Source: Camelus ferus (Eukaryota). Taken from it: a DNA stretch of 64,000 nt. The stretch spans positions 55,244,001 through 55,308,000 of the forward strand of contig NC_045696.1 of assembly GCF_009834535.1 (NCBI RefSeq). Reading direction: 5' to 3'. The notes below the pieces were generated by a model. It saw only the letters and a list, made by a program, of their open reading frames with translations, had not been told where the DNA came from and searched no databases. A program made the translations under genes and the position numbers. Shown here one piece after another: positions 51,401 through 63,465 of this stretch. The first letter of the stretch is position 1, and the number at the start of each line of letters is the position of its first letter.

Positions 51401-52200
51401 TATGAGATCGCTCATATGTGGAATCTAAAAAACAAAAACAAAAACAAACAAACAAACAAAAACAAAGAGTAAATACAGGACAGAAATAGACTCATAGACA
51501 GAGAATACAGACTTGTGGTTGCCAGGGGGGCGGAGGGTGGGAAGGGATAGACTGGGATTTCAAAATTGTAGAATAGATAAACAAGATTATACTGTATAGC
51601 ACAGGGAAATATACACAAAATGTTATGGTAGCTCACAGAGAAAAAAATGTAACGAGTGTGTATATGTCCATTTATGACTGAAAATTTGTGCTGAACACTG
51701 GAATTTGACACAACATTGTAAAATGATTATAAATCAATAAAAAATGTTTAAAAAAAATGACAAGTAGTAAATGGACATCACCAGGAGCATCAACTTAAAT
51801 TCCAAATTAAGATGAATGGAATACTATGCAACCAGTAACAGGAGTGAGTGAATGACAACCACATGCATAAGGATAAATTTCAGAAGTAATGCTGAGCAAC
51901 AAAGGCAAGTTGCAACAGGATATTATAGTACATTATTTACTTAAAGCTTAAAACTCACAGAATAACACTATGTATTTTTATAGGTTCATAAATATGCAAA
52001 AAATGATAAATGCAAAATTCAGGAACAGAGAGAGGACATAAGATCAGGAAGCTATAAACATTATACTAAAACTGAAGAATTTTTTTTTTTTAATGCAAAA
52101 TGTTAGAAGTAGACAAGCAGGTAGTATGTCCACGGATTTCATTGTATCAGTCTTGCTACTTTACTTTATGGTCGAAATAGCTCAGAATTTAAAAAAGATA
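48415..52200 (+). mobile_element. Old L1ME/HAL1-like element: 5' region, ORF1 remnant (~49440-50100), then 3' end; interrupted by a young L1
   Basis: ORF1-like aaactcagtgaatagattaaatagattaga...cccaacatgtatctaatgggagttgcag...gatttctcaacagcaacaatagaaacaagaaga...gtgaaataaagaccatttcag; ORF2-end motif agatgctcaaccttattaatactgagggaaatg at ~50650. Confidence 0.75.
50996..51753 (+). mobile_element. Young 5'-truncated camelid L1 with an uninterrupted ORF2 C-terminal frame (stop at 51428), 3' UTR and poly-A
   Basis: ORF 50982-51428 reads [32 protein letters not shown]...CTPMFIAALFTIAKTWKQPKCP...ILSEVSQKEKEKYHM, the L1 ORF2 C-terminus; aataaa at ~51736; TSD aaaatgac(tac)aagtag (50979-50995) / aaaatgacaagtag (51754-51767). 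Confidence 0.96.
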
Positions 52201-52249
52201 CATACAACATAAATATACACAATTTTTATTTTAACAACTTTAAAAATTA

Positions 52250-52398
52250 GGGGAGGGAGGTGTACAGCTCAAGTGGTAGAGTACATGCTTAGCATGCACG
52301 AGGTCCTGGGTTCAATCCCCAGTACCTCCTCTATAAAAATAATAAACCAATTACCTCCCCCCAAAAGTAAAAAAAAATTAATAAAAAAGTGAAAAAGA
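52250..52398 (+). mobile_element. tRNA-derived camelid SINE (Vic-1-like)
   Basis: ggggagggaggtgtacagctcaagtggtagagtacatgcttagcatgcacgaggtcctgggttcaatccccagtacctcc plus tail; TSD aactttaaaaatt (52236-52248) / aacttcaaaaatt (52399-52411). Confidence 0.94.
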
Positions 52399-52443
52399 AA
52401 CTTCAAAAATTTAAAAAAGTAACAGTTGAGCAGTGTGTTAGAC

Positions 52444-52545
52444 TAGGATTTCTCAAACTGGAATGGAGAAGAGTCACTTGCCGATCTTGTTAAAAGGCAA
52501 ATTGTAATTAGCAAGTTTGGGGCAAGGTCTAAGAATATGAATTTT
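52444..52545. mobile_element. MER5A-like hAT MITE fragment
   Basis: ggatttctcaaactgg...gagtcacttg...atcttgttaaaaggcaaatt...gtttggggcaaggtctaagaat. Confidence 0.55.
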
Positions 52546-52549
52546 GCAA

Positions 52550-52914
52550 AATATATCTGTCATCTCTGGCATGGGTTATACTTTCTTAACTCTCTGATGG
52601 TCAGGCTTGTTTACGTAGGTTGCTTTGGCCATGAAATAAGCAGAAATGATGCATATTATTACCTAGGAGAGGCTTAAAGAGCCATCATGTGCCTTTACAT
52701 GATTTCTTTTCCTTCTGCAATGAAACTAGCAATGATTCAGGTAGATGTGTCTCTATCAGCCTGGGTCCAGGAATAAAGACATGCAGAACAAACTCAAGCT
52801 CACCACCCAGGTGAGGTAGCATGAGTGAGAAGTAGAAAAGCTTCATTGATGTAAGCCACTGAGATATGAGACTGTTTGTTACTCCGGTGTAACCCAGCCT
52901 ATTCTGATTAATAC
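52550..52914 (+). mobile_element. MaLR LTR (MLT1I/J-like)
   Basis: ttgctttggccatgaaat...tcagcctgggtcc...gtagcatgagtgagaa...gtaagccactgagat...ttgttact...taacccagcctattctgattaataca. Confidence 0.85.
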
Positions 52915-53659
52915 AAGTTGTGCTGTACAATATATGTGTGTTATACTGAGTTTAAAGGACCACCTTCCACCACTTATTTGACTGGGGGATTTGGCCAAGA
53001 TATCTAACTTTTCTGGACCTCAGCTACCTCATCTGGAAAATGGAAATATAATTTGCTTGCCTGAAGGTAGAAAAAAATACATAAAACAGCTCAGAAAGAG
53101 TCTGCTTATGAATAAACTAGATCCCAGAAACCTCTCCCAAAAAGAAGAAAATGGAGAGGACAGAGAAGGAAAAAGAAAGAGGAGGAGGGCAGGGAGGAGG
53201 AGGAGAAAGATAAGGCCAAATGATGTGTCTAATATTGTACAGCTAATGGGGTACTGGATTGATACACCAACCCAGGCAGTTTCTCTCCAAAACCCATTCC
53301 TTTTTCTACTCGGCCACGCTGTTGAGGCCAATCTGAATGAAGAGGTTCTTTCAATTTGAAGAGCATTTTTCAGTTTGAAAGGGCTGAGCCCAGTCCTGAC
53401 CCCCATCTCTTTTATGAACACACCTTGATTCATCTACAACCTCCTTTCTCCCCACCCAGCTTCACTGCTGCTTTACCCTTCCCAATCCCAGAAATCAGAA
53501 GCAGGTGCCATGGCTTTAACAAGAGTAAGAATGAATAAGACTATGCATTTTAATGGAAGAGCTCAGATGGGACCATCCTCTGAATGCTACCTTCTTACAG
53601 CTTGCATCTGAAAATATGCCCTGTGTCCACTGAGGAGATCACCTAATCATGCTTTCAGC

Positions 53660-54200
53660 TTATTATTCAAAAAATTAATAATATTTGTCAAGTGCTTTCT
53701 TGGAGGCTGTGATTGTGTTCACAGGTGCATGATCTGGGAAGAGGAAGAAATTAGCCAGTGGTGCTGATAATATTGGATGGGAAAACACTGCACATGATGA
53801 AAACTCTGAAGAGGAAAACAAAACCCTAAGGCTTTAAATATATAAAGAAAAGACGAGATGAAATTGGGAAAAAATGCAAACTGTATATAAACTAAGATAT
53901 ATGCATCTTAGGAAAAATTATTCCAAAGCACAAACATTCACTGAGAATAAAAAAACAGATAAGCTGAAAGGGACCAGGGAGTGACAGGTAAGAATGAATG
54001 TTGGTGATAAATATGAATAAGTTATGAAATCTCAATGTGCTATTTCAACAAAAAAGGGCCATTGCTTTTTTTTTTTTTTTTTGATTATATAAGAAAAGGG
54101 CTCGCGTCCCAGAAAAAACAAATGATCATTTATCTTTAAGAAACTGATTAAACTGTACCTAGAATGCTGCATCTGTGTAGCAGCTTGGGAACTATTAATA
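53660..54200 (+). mobile_element. CR1/L3 LINE fragment (RT C-terminal region)
   Basis: atgcatcttaggaaaaattattccaaagcacaa...ttggtgataaatatga...caatgtgcta...caaaaaagggccattgc...ctgattaaactgtacctagaatgctgc follows the order of CR1 ORF2 motifs. Confidence 0.6.
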
Positions 54201-55134
54201 AATAAGAGAGCGAAGGTTGGTCTGAATAGGACGATCTGAACAGCTAATGGGTAGGCGACTCAGGTCAACTAACACTTACTCAGTGCCCAGGGTGGGCCAA
54301 GCTCCGTCTTGGGTCAAAAGGTATAGAGAGTTTCCAATTTAGTTTGGTTTCCAGTCTAGTTTGGTTTCAGTCCTGACTGGAATCAAAAGAAAGAGCATGC
54401 GTTAACTTTACTGTTTTCACCCCTGGACAGGAGTGAAAAGCTTCCCAAGCAGCACAGATCACATACATGTTTTTCTAATTTACTTTTAACCTCAAGAGTT
54501 GGCTGACTCCAGCACCCAAGCCACATCTGTAACAGCAGCCTGCATCTCCACTGCCTTTGTCAAGAGGGCTAAGAAATATAAACTGAGTGATTAGGAAGAG
54601 AGCCCCTTTACTGTTAGAACCAGCAGTATGGTGCGTTTCGAAGGCTGCCTAACAGCTCTTCCCCCGGTCTCTCCACTGTTGTTAGAATTTGCTCTTTCAA
54701 ATCAAAATGCTTCTCCACCAAGGCCCTGGGTCTTCTCCTTGAATGCTACAGGGAAAGGTAAAAAGGTCCATTATGCCTCGAACCAATAGCACAGTACCGT
54801 TTACAGTGGAAGATTTCCTCTCAGCCTCTACCAAAGTGCAACATGGGATATTAGCCACTGTAGTTCTCAATCTAAGACAACGAAGGGAGGTATCCGTCAG
54901 GGTCTAATGAAATCTCCATACAAATAAGGGGATAGTGGTCCACCCAGGAATGCAAAGAGAAAAAAAAAAAGGAAAGAAAATACTTGCACAGATACAAGAT
55001 GGAGAAGTGGCTCTGCGGAGGAGTAAGTGGTAAAGACAGCCTAGAGATCAGCATGGATCACAGTTTGACCAAGAAATAGCCACATGGCACTAGAGTTTAA
55101 ACAGCTCTACATCACTAACAATATAGAAGGGTTA

Positions 55135-55340
55135 ATGCAGCTAACACTTTTTACGCACCAGGCACTGAACTAAGTACAATGCAAACATTAATTCACCTCA
55201 TCTTTAAACCACAACCAGATTATCATTATTCTCATTTTAGAGATGAGGAAATGCCACAGAGAAAGATGAACAGGGTGGTAGAAGGTCACAGGGCTAGAAC
55301 TCCTGCCCCAGAAGTGAGATTTGAACCCAGGTATCCTGAC
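55135..55340 (-). mobile_element. MIR
   Basis: caccaggcactgaactaag...attctcattttagagatgaggaaatg...aaggtcacagggctag...gatttgaacccaggtatcctgac. Confidence 0.85.
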
Positions 55341-55929
55341 CAAGGAAACACACATGAACAATTGGCACTTGTGAGTACAACATGGAGACCAAAAGAAGAG
55401 CCACAAATATGCAGGAAAGAAGTTTTTAAAGTAAGAGTTATGAGGTTAATTTTTTTTAAGTTGGGCTATTTATGTTGGGAAAAAAAAAAAAGTACTCCCC
55501 CGAGGAGGAAGAGAAGGAAGAACAAGCTGTATTTTTATTCGTTAGAAACCCTTGCATTCCAGCAATTTGCTTGAAACAGGCACACAGCTTTTGACACAAT
55601 TACTTGGGAAGTTTAAATGAGTTGTTCCAACTAAAGGATTAACAAGATAGGCTTGCATTTGTTTGCATGTGGAAAAAATAATAAATAAATCCATCTTTCT
55701 ACACTGTTTTTATGTTTTATAGGCAAAGGGCTTTTTTGGGGGGGGTGTATGTTGCAAAAATGAATAATGCCAAGAAAAAAAGGGGAACCTTGAAAAGAAG
55801 CACTTCTTGCTTTCATATTATTATCTTTTCTTTTTCTGAATGTCTATCCACTGCCTCAGCCTGGAACACACCTGCATCAGGTGCTATGTGAGTTGCAGAA
55901 GACATGATTCTTCACCAGATGAGGCCACA

Positions 55930-56480
55930 ATATCACAGTACAGGAAAGAAAAATAAAAATAAAAGAAATATAAGGTAGAAACAAGAAATTCCCAAAAGTG
56001 GGGAGGGAGAGTTGACTGCATAAATTTAAAGGGCAAAAAGAGTATATCTGATTGGAGAAGTCTGAAGAGGTTTCCAACAGAAAACTGAGATGGAACTGAA
56101 TGCTAGGAAGCATTCTGACCAGAAAAAAGGCATCCCAGGAAAGAAGGTCAGCATGAATGAAGACTCAGTGATGGACAAGAACAGTGTTCATTTGAAAAAT
56201 ATTGAGGGCCATAATTTGGTATGAACGTCGGATGCTTACATGGGAGAAGTGGCCGACGTAACTGAAAAAATAAGTTGAAGCCATATTGTAGAAGATCTTA
56301 AAATTTGAACTTTTGACAGATAGCTATCAAGGTTCCCACACAGGAGAGTGGCAAGGTCAAATATAACATGCTGCAGAAAACTCACTGTGTGAGTAGTACT
56401 ACTGAGCATGGATTGGGTCACAAAGAGACCTGAAGTAGGGAGCTGAGAAATGTTCATCCCTAAGCTATGAACCACACCGT
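55930..56480 (-). mobile_element. L2 fragment
   Basis: Purine-rich antisense L2 pattern: gaagaggtttcc...gagatggaactgaatg...aggcatcccaggaaagaagg..cagcatg...agaaaactcactgtg. Confidence 0.6.
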
Positions 56481-59009
56481 CAGTCATCTATAACCACCAT
56501 TTCCAAAGCCTGCCTTTGCTCACGCAAGGATTAAGGCAAGAGAACAGACGTTAAGTCCACACGTCCCACCACTGCAGGAAAAAACCAAGTCCATATAAAG
56601 TTGCGTATGAAGACGGCTGCCACGTTGCCAGCCTGGGGGGCAGTCCCTGCCGTCTGTCCTGATTCAGAGCTTCCTCCTTGCCCTGTGGTTATGTTCCTGA
56701 ACCAAGATAACCTCTTACGATTTTGCTTCTGGCCCTCTGCTACAGTTTTGCCATCTCTGATTTCTATCTTGGCCCACTGGTACTTTGGCTGCAAACTGGT
56801 ATTTTGTTTGACCAGACTCCTAGACTCTCTATTCTAATGTTGCCCTGAGATGGTGCTTTCAGATGTACTGTGGTCCCACACTCTGCAGCCAAAGGCCATT
56901 CCAGCCCCATCCTTATCCAGGCCATGATCTGAAACCTCTCGGGTCTGGAACCCCAGAACTCCACTAACCAGGAAAGATTCATAGAAACTGTTACCTCAGA
57001 GGAGAGGTACTTTCCAAGTATCTCCATCTCCCAGTGATTTATGAAATCATCCTAGTGCTAACAGCCAGAGTCATGAGCGCCTAAGATTCAAAAACAGGAA
57101 GACTCTTCCAGCCCTACCTTCCTCATTTTATCCAGAAATTACAGATATGTGTGAGTGTGTATACAGTGACTTACTCACAGTCATGCAAAGTGGCCACCAG
57201 AACTAACATGTCCTGACTCTCAATCCAATAGATATTTGGTAGCAGTTAGAATGTGTAAAGTGTTTTCAATCTAAATTACAGATGCAATCAAGACCACAAT
57301 GACTGCATAATTTTTATCCACATCCTACAGCACTTTATTCCATGACCCCGCATTGCTTATTAATTGCTTCATTCAATCATCTTGGCTTCCCAAATGGATT
57401 GAAATTCTTGGAGGGCAGGCATTAAATTGTCTTTCTGCATCCCCAGCCACCTGGCATGGTGCTAGACACAAGGTAGACCCCCAAAAATCACCTCATATGT
57501 CGGCTGATTACAAAGAAGAGGTGAATTTCTGTTCCCTTATGCTGTTGTTTATCACTAATGCTCCATTAGGAGGGAAAAATTATGAACATCTTTTTTTTTA
57601 ACTGTTTTAATGTTGATAAATTAAATATATTAATATTAGACTCTTAATGAAGTAAATGAGAACTAATATCAACATCTACCACCAGCAATTAAGGAAACCT
57701 GAAGTGATTCCTGTATCTGCCGATGAGAAAAACAGCTGTTGAATCATTTCTCAGCAACAACGCCTAATCCTTTATTAATACATGTTTCCTGTGCTGAAGT
57801 AAATGTGGTGTCTCCCCTATTTTCTACCCGTTCCCATTCTTTACAAGCTGTAACAAACAAAACTGTAAGTGTAGAGGGAGTTCTTAATCTAGAATCTGGT
57901 ACCTTAAACTAAGTGGAAGTCATTTCCCCTTTATTTACCCACAGAAAAATGGCCTCAAATGAGATTTCTCCAAAGCTGGGGAGAACTAATGGAAGAATCA
58001 TTCAATTTTATAAAACCCATCACATGAATTAGGACACTGACGAGTAGTGGTCTGAACTTGTTCTCCCGCTTCTAAACCAGTGTACGTTTGAAAAATCTTG
58101 TAGTTGAACATAGTAAGTTTTACAGACATTTTGGAGCAAAAGGATGATTAATAAATACTGGCACCAATCATCATATTTACTACTATCACAACTGCATTCC
58201 ATTTCTACTCAAATTGCTCTGGACACCTTCATGGTTAAATATAAAAAACAAATAAATGAACAAAAACATCGTAGCACCTCCGGCATTTGAAAGTAGAGTT
58301 TGCTGGGCTGTAAAATCAGTGAGTTATTTGTCATGCAGCTTAATTCTGTCATAAAATGCTAATCAGCCTTTCTGTCACTTTGCTCTTGCCCCATATCTTT
58401 TTATGAGAACATTAACATAGTTATTACAGAGCAGAGACTCTCATGGTTGCAAACATACTTACCATTTATGCATATTTTGGTCCAAAAAAAAATAAGGTTG
58501 CCACCAAGTGCCCCAGACTCCTATTTAGCCATAATCCTAGTTTCTGGCATGGAGGGCTTGGGTCTGCCATGCCATCTGGACGATAGTACCAGGGAGCCAG
58601 CGCCGGGATAGCTTCCCCTCGCTCAGACCATTATGCAGGGGTCAAGCTATGAGCATTTCCTCCCATAGATGAGGCTTCCTTTGTCGAGTTGTGAAACACG
58701 AACTATATTTCAGGGGACTCCTTTTTAACAGTCCCTACAAAGGAAAAATAGACCCTAGAAGATAATTCCCCAAAGGTCTTCAGAGTTGAAATCTCCTCCC
58801 AGAAACTGAAGCCATAAGGACCCCAGAAAGTCTACTCATTCACATGTGCAATCAGCATTCCAAAGCAACTCACTAATGAACAACTGTAGGACAAGGTAAT
58901 TCTTTCCAAAACTGGGCCTTTACTAGAGCTGTCAGGCAGGCATCTTATGTCTCAGTAACTTGTCCGTTGGCCCAGGAAGAAGCTACTGTCCTCTAAAGAC
59001 ATGTTTTAT

Positions 59010-59240
59010 ACCACAAATATGGGCTTTGAACTGGGACAGTTGTGAATTTGAATTCTGGCTCCATCAGTTACTCTGTAGCTCTTGTCCAATTACTTGTCTT
59101 TTCCGAACATCTGGGTTTGTTGTTGTTGTTGTTGTTACCTGTCTAGTTGTTGTAAAGATTACAACAGTGTCTGAAAACTATCTGGAACAAAATAATGGTA
59201 ACTATTTATCATCATCCTCATTACTATTACTATTATTGAC
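59010..59240 (+). mobile_element. MIR with an internal (GTT)n microsatellite (59117-59135)
   Basis: gggctttgaactgggacag...gaatttgaattctggctccatcagttact...gttgttgtaaagatta. Confidence 0.65.
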
Positions 59241-61829
59241 TCTCCATCAGAACCAAGTTTGTGATCAAATGCTTTAACTGTATTCTAGTATAGTCCCTTC
59301 TGTTCTCCAACTACATTTCAGAGCTCCCTTAGTTTCTCTACAATTTAGTTCTCCCATTCTGTGCATTTCAATTTAGGCTGCCTCAGATCCTCTTTGGAAG
59401 TAGAGCAGACATTATAAGTAACTGTTTCATTATCTTTTCCCAAGAAGTAAAGAGGGTCTCTAATATTCCTGATGGTTCAATGTTTGCTTTTTTATTTTAA
59501 CCAGGGAGTGTTAGAGACATCAGTCTTCTGAGCAGCATCTCCTCCTCCCCAGTTAGCCAAGATCCCAGAAATCTGTTTATGAACTCCACTTCACCTAACA
59601 CCCAGACTTCTGAATCACTCATTCTCAGGTTTATTTATTAAACATGGTAACTCTGAATTTGGATGAAAATGGGCAGAATGAAACAAGATTCATCAGTCAT
59701 TCTTGTGTTTCGTGACCTTCAGGCAAACTCTTCAGAGGATTGAAAATATTTTCACTTTCCATCTGTAAATCTTTGGGACTGTGCCAGTCCACCCTAAAAT
59801 ATAATAATGGTGACGATGATGATGATGATGATGATAAACCGATATAGACATGTCAGGAATTATCAGAATTGCCAGGGTGATCAGAGCAAGAGTCCACAAT
59901 AGACAGGTGGTCTCCTTTGTCATACTCTTACTGCCCTCTGGCCACTCAAGGGGACAGTTCAGGGGCATCCTAGTTGGGGGAAGCTGAAAAGAGGCTGCAG
60001 AAAACTGAACTCCCCCTTGCAAGGGGGCACTCTCAGTGCTCCCTGTCTCTCCTGGGAGTGGCTGTGAGATGTCCAGGCAATCAGAAGTCGATTGTCATCA
60101 AGAAAACTCCTGTCAAGAGTCACTTAAATTGTGTCACTCAGGAGGAAAAATCAATACCCATAATCTCACAGACATTACTGATCTGGAAAAGTCTCCCATC
60201 CCCTCCCCACTCACACTAAGCAGCTATGTTTCTGCACTTAGGGAGTAAAAGAAAATGGAAAAGGCAGTCCCACCACTGAGTAAGCAACATCCTCACCCCA
60301 AAGTCGGCTGGCTCTTCCCTCATTGCCCAACTCTCTAGTCAGAAAGAACAGCAAAGAAATGTTTCACTGTATAAGTCAGAATGATTTTTATAATTTCTTT
60401 TTATGTAAGTGAATTCTCTTCTGTCCTCTATTCACTAACTCACTCTCCAAATGCAAACTGAGTTCCCTTTCTTTACTCTGTTTTGTTTTGTTTTTTTTTA
60501 TGAAGACTCATTAAGCGCTCATGAAAGGTGATGCCTTGCAGATGGGAGCTGGTATTCAATCCTGGTTCTGACCCGTGTTCAGTACAAAGCAATTAGTATC
60601 AGTAATAGTAACAGGACACGGATGCAGGTTGTTTAGCATGGATGTATCCAAGTGAGCAGACCTGATCTGGGAGAAGGAGCTGTCACATGCTGGCTGCTGC
60701 ATATTCTGTTCTCATGAAGAAGTTCCTCGTAGGTCAACACCTGCAGAACTTGCCTCCTCCTCAAATTATTCAAACTTTCCATGGGTATGGGAGAGAAGGT
60801 TTGTTGTTGTTGTTGTTGTTGTTTTTAATTTTTGGTAGTAGATCTACTGTCTTTGAACTAACTCTGAGAAAGCCCCAAATATATAGTATTTTTAAGACCT
60901 TCCTTTCAATATGGCAAAAACACAATCTGGAATGGATGGTCATTCTGATCAGTCCCAGTAGCTCTGAACCCAGATGAAAATGGGCAGAATGAAGCAGGAT
61001 TCGACAAAGGAAAATGATAACACATTTCATAGTTTGTAAAAGTAGCACTGAGTGTTTGGCTCAGCTCCTATCGAACTCAATGTCAATCAGCACAACAAAC
61101 CAAAGAAAGAATATTTTCACACAAATGTTCAAGGAAAAAAATACATCGGTGAAACTTTAAGAACTAATTTGAGAAAAGTCTCCAAAGAAATCTGAGGTCA
61201 CTGTGTCCTCTGGCTGATTCCCTGACCCTACCCTAGGGTGGAGAGTAGAATGCAGGGCAACCGAGTAACTGATAACCACTGAAGCCACAGGGAACAAGAC
61301 ACTGGAGAGCAAAAAGTACTGAATCCGAAAACATCTCCGGAAAAGACGTCAGAAATTATTAAATACAATCTCCCTCGTTTTGCAGAATGGAAACTGAAGT
61401 TCCAATCGTTTGAAACTCTGACCTAAGAATACCCAAGTTGCTAGCAGAAATGTACAGTAGCAGACAAGTCCTCAGGTAGTATGACCCCCAGTCCAGGGCC
61501 TTCTGACATCAAGTACCAGGGAAACAGAAAGGCAAGAGGAAAGTAGAGATGGCTCGTGATGCCTCCAGAGACTGAGACCCACCGTCAAATCCCTGAGATG
61601 CATGGGTGGCCAGTGTCTTCTTTCACAAGGGGGAAGAGGCAGACGGTACACACCTATACCTAACAGTACACACCAGAAAGATGCTGCCAGGAACCACATG
61701 GCAAAACAAGGCACCGTATTAAGGGTCATCTCAACAAACAGATCCTAGAAATTGACCCTGCAGCCTCACTCTTTGCAGGACTTGATTTTGCACTTAGGTA
61801 AAGAAATGCTGACATGTGGCATTTTCTTT

Positions 61830-62660
61830 GTTGTATTATCTTTATTAAATAATTGTTTATTTTAATATATTTATAATATAGTTCTTACATTTATTAATCT
61901 CATCATTTTTCTGTTTTGGACTTCATTAATTTCTGAATTTATTTAACTCCTTTCAGACCCAAGCCCTCCATGCCAGCAGTTTTTAGCAATTTTCTTATTT
62001 TCCTTCTTTCACAGGTGGCTAATGCATTTCTTTTAGTTCTTGCTTCTTCATTAATATGAATATTTAAGACCACACCCTTTTTGGTGAGCTTAGTTTGTTA
62101 TATCCCTCATAATTCAGATATGGATATTTTAAATTTTCTAGATATTCTCTGATTCCAGTTTTGATTTCACTTTTAACCTCAGAACAGGTTAATAAAGAGG
62201 TTTTAGTGTACAGGTGGTAGAAATATTGTTTTCTATTTTGGTATTCAATCTTTAATGTTATTGTATTGGGTTTTGTGAAAGTTGTCTGTGGTTTTACAAG
62301 TTTTTGGAATCCTTCTCTAGGGACAATGTAGTTCCACTGTTATAAATGTTCCACAGTATGTGTTAAGAAAGTGCTTCCTCTGTTTTTGGAGTATGGTACA
62401 CTACAACTTGATGCAGTTATATCAGTCAGGTCTATCTTGTTAATTATGTTTTCTAGGTCTTCTACATCTTTACTTACTCATTTGTCTACTTAATTTGTCA
62501 ATGAACTGAGGAAAAGTTATTAGAGTCTACTTGTACTAATGTGTTTCAGTCTATTTCTCCTTGATAGTTTTTGCTCTATTTATTCTGATGCTGTTATTTG
62601 ATTGAATGAGGATTAAATCTTCATTAAGAATAGTGCCATCATGATTTTAACATGTCCTAG
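61830..62660 (-). mobile_element. Old L1 (L1M5-type) ORF2 endonuclease-region fragment
   Basis: T-rich antisense L1: tagtttgttatatccctcataattcagata...aaatgttccacagtatgtgttaagaaagtg...ttttctaggtcttctacatctttactta...ttagagtctacttgtact. Confidence 0.7.
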
Positions 62661-62994
62661 GAAAACTGAGTGACATTAAATAGAGAACTGAGCCTGACTT
62701 AATGCCACCTCTTTTATAAAGCAATCCCCTAACTACCTGGCCAAAGTGACGTTCCCTCCACTGAAACCACAAAGCATCTGAACTGCACCTCTCTCGTGGC
62801 TATTAAAACCCCTGCCTTATGCTAGTTTAAGACCAAGTTTAAAAACTTACTGTAAGGCTAGAAACGTCTTTATTTTTATGGTCCTCATAGCATTTAGTAT
62901 ATTGCATTGCTTTGAATCTAACAGATGTTTAAAAAAGAGCTGATGAACTGAATTGATTACTCAAAATAAGTTTCTGTAACCTCTAAAATATGCT

Positions 62995-63465
62995 CCCTCA
63001 CTACAGGGTTCTCCAGAGAAACAGAACCAACAGATTACAGATACAGTTATACGTATGCTGACACACAAACCAGTATATATAGTTTACTACTCCAAGAGAA
63101 GAGATTTATTATAAAGAATTGGCTCATACAATTATGGAAGCTGAGAAGTCGGTAAGCTGGAGCCCAAGAGAGTCGATGGTACAGTTCCAGCCTGAATCGG
63201 AACCTGACGGCAGATGATCAATGTCCCAGGCTGGAGACAGTTAGACAGAAAGGATAAATTCTTCCTTATTCCGTCTTTTGTTCTATTCAGACCTTCCAGA
63301 CTGGATGAGACCACCTGGGGAAGGACAATCTGCCTTAATCAGTCCACCAACTGAAATGTTAATGCCCTCCAGAAACACCCTCACAGACAGACCTAGAGTC
63401 ATGTTTAACCAGTATCTGAGCACCTCATGGCCTAGTCACATGTACACATAAAACTAACCACCGCA
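62995..63465 (-). mobile_element. MLT2 (ERVL) solo LTR
   Basis: cagggttctccagagaaacagaaccaa...gagatttattataaagaattggctca...ccagaaacaccctcacagaca...acacataaaactaaccaccgca. Confidence 0.92.

Noticed and set aside
54416..54441. Small hairpin ttttcacccctggacaggagtgaaaa
   Set aside because: About 11 pairs with a mismatch and a tiny loop; too short for a pre-miRNA and plausible by chance in 64 kb.
58455..58463. U1 snRNA 5' end (atacttacc)
   Set aside because: The match ends after 9 nt with no U1 body; better read as a minus-strand splice-donor-like motif.
471..63314. The many short ORFs (60-173 aa) in the six-frame track as host genes
   Set aside because: No recognisable host protein; many use non-ATG starts or have low-complexity F/L/K-rich composition from antisense L1 and simple repeats. 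Only transposon-derived frames show homology.
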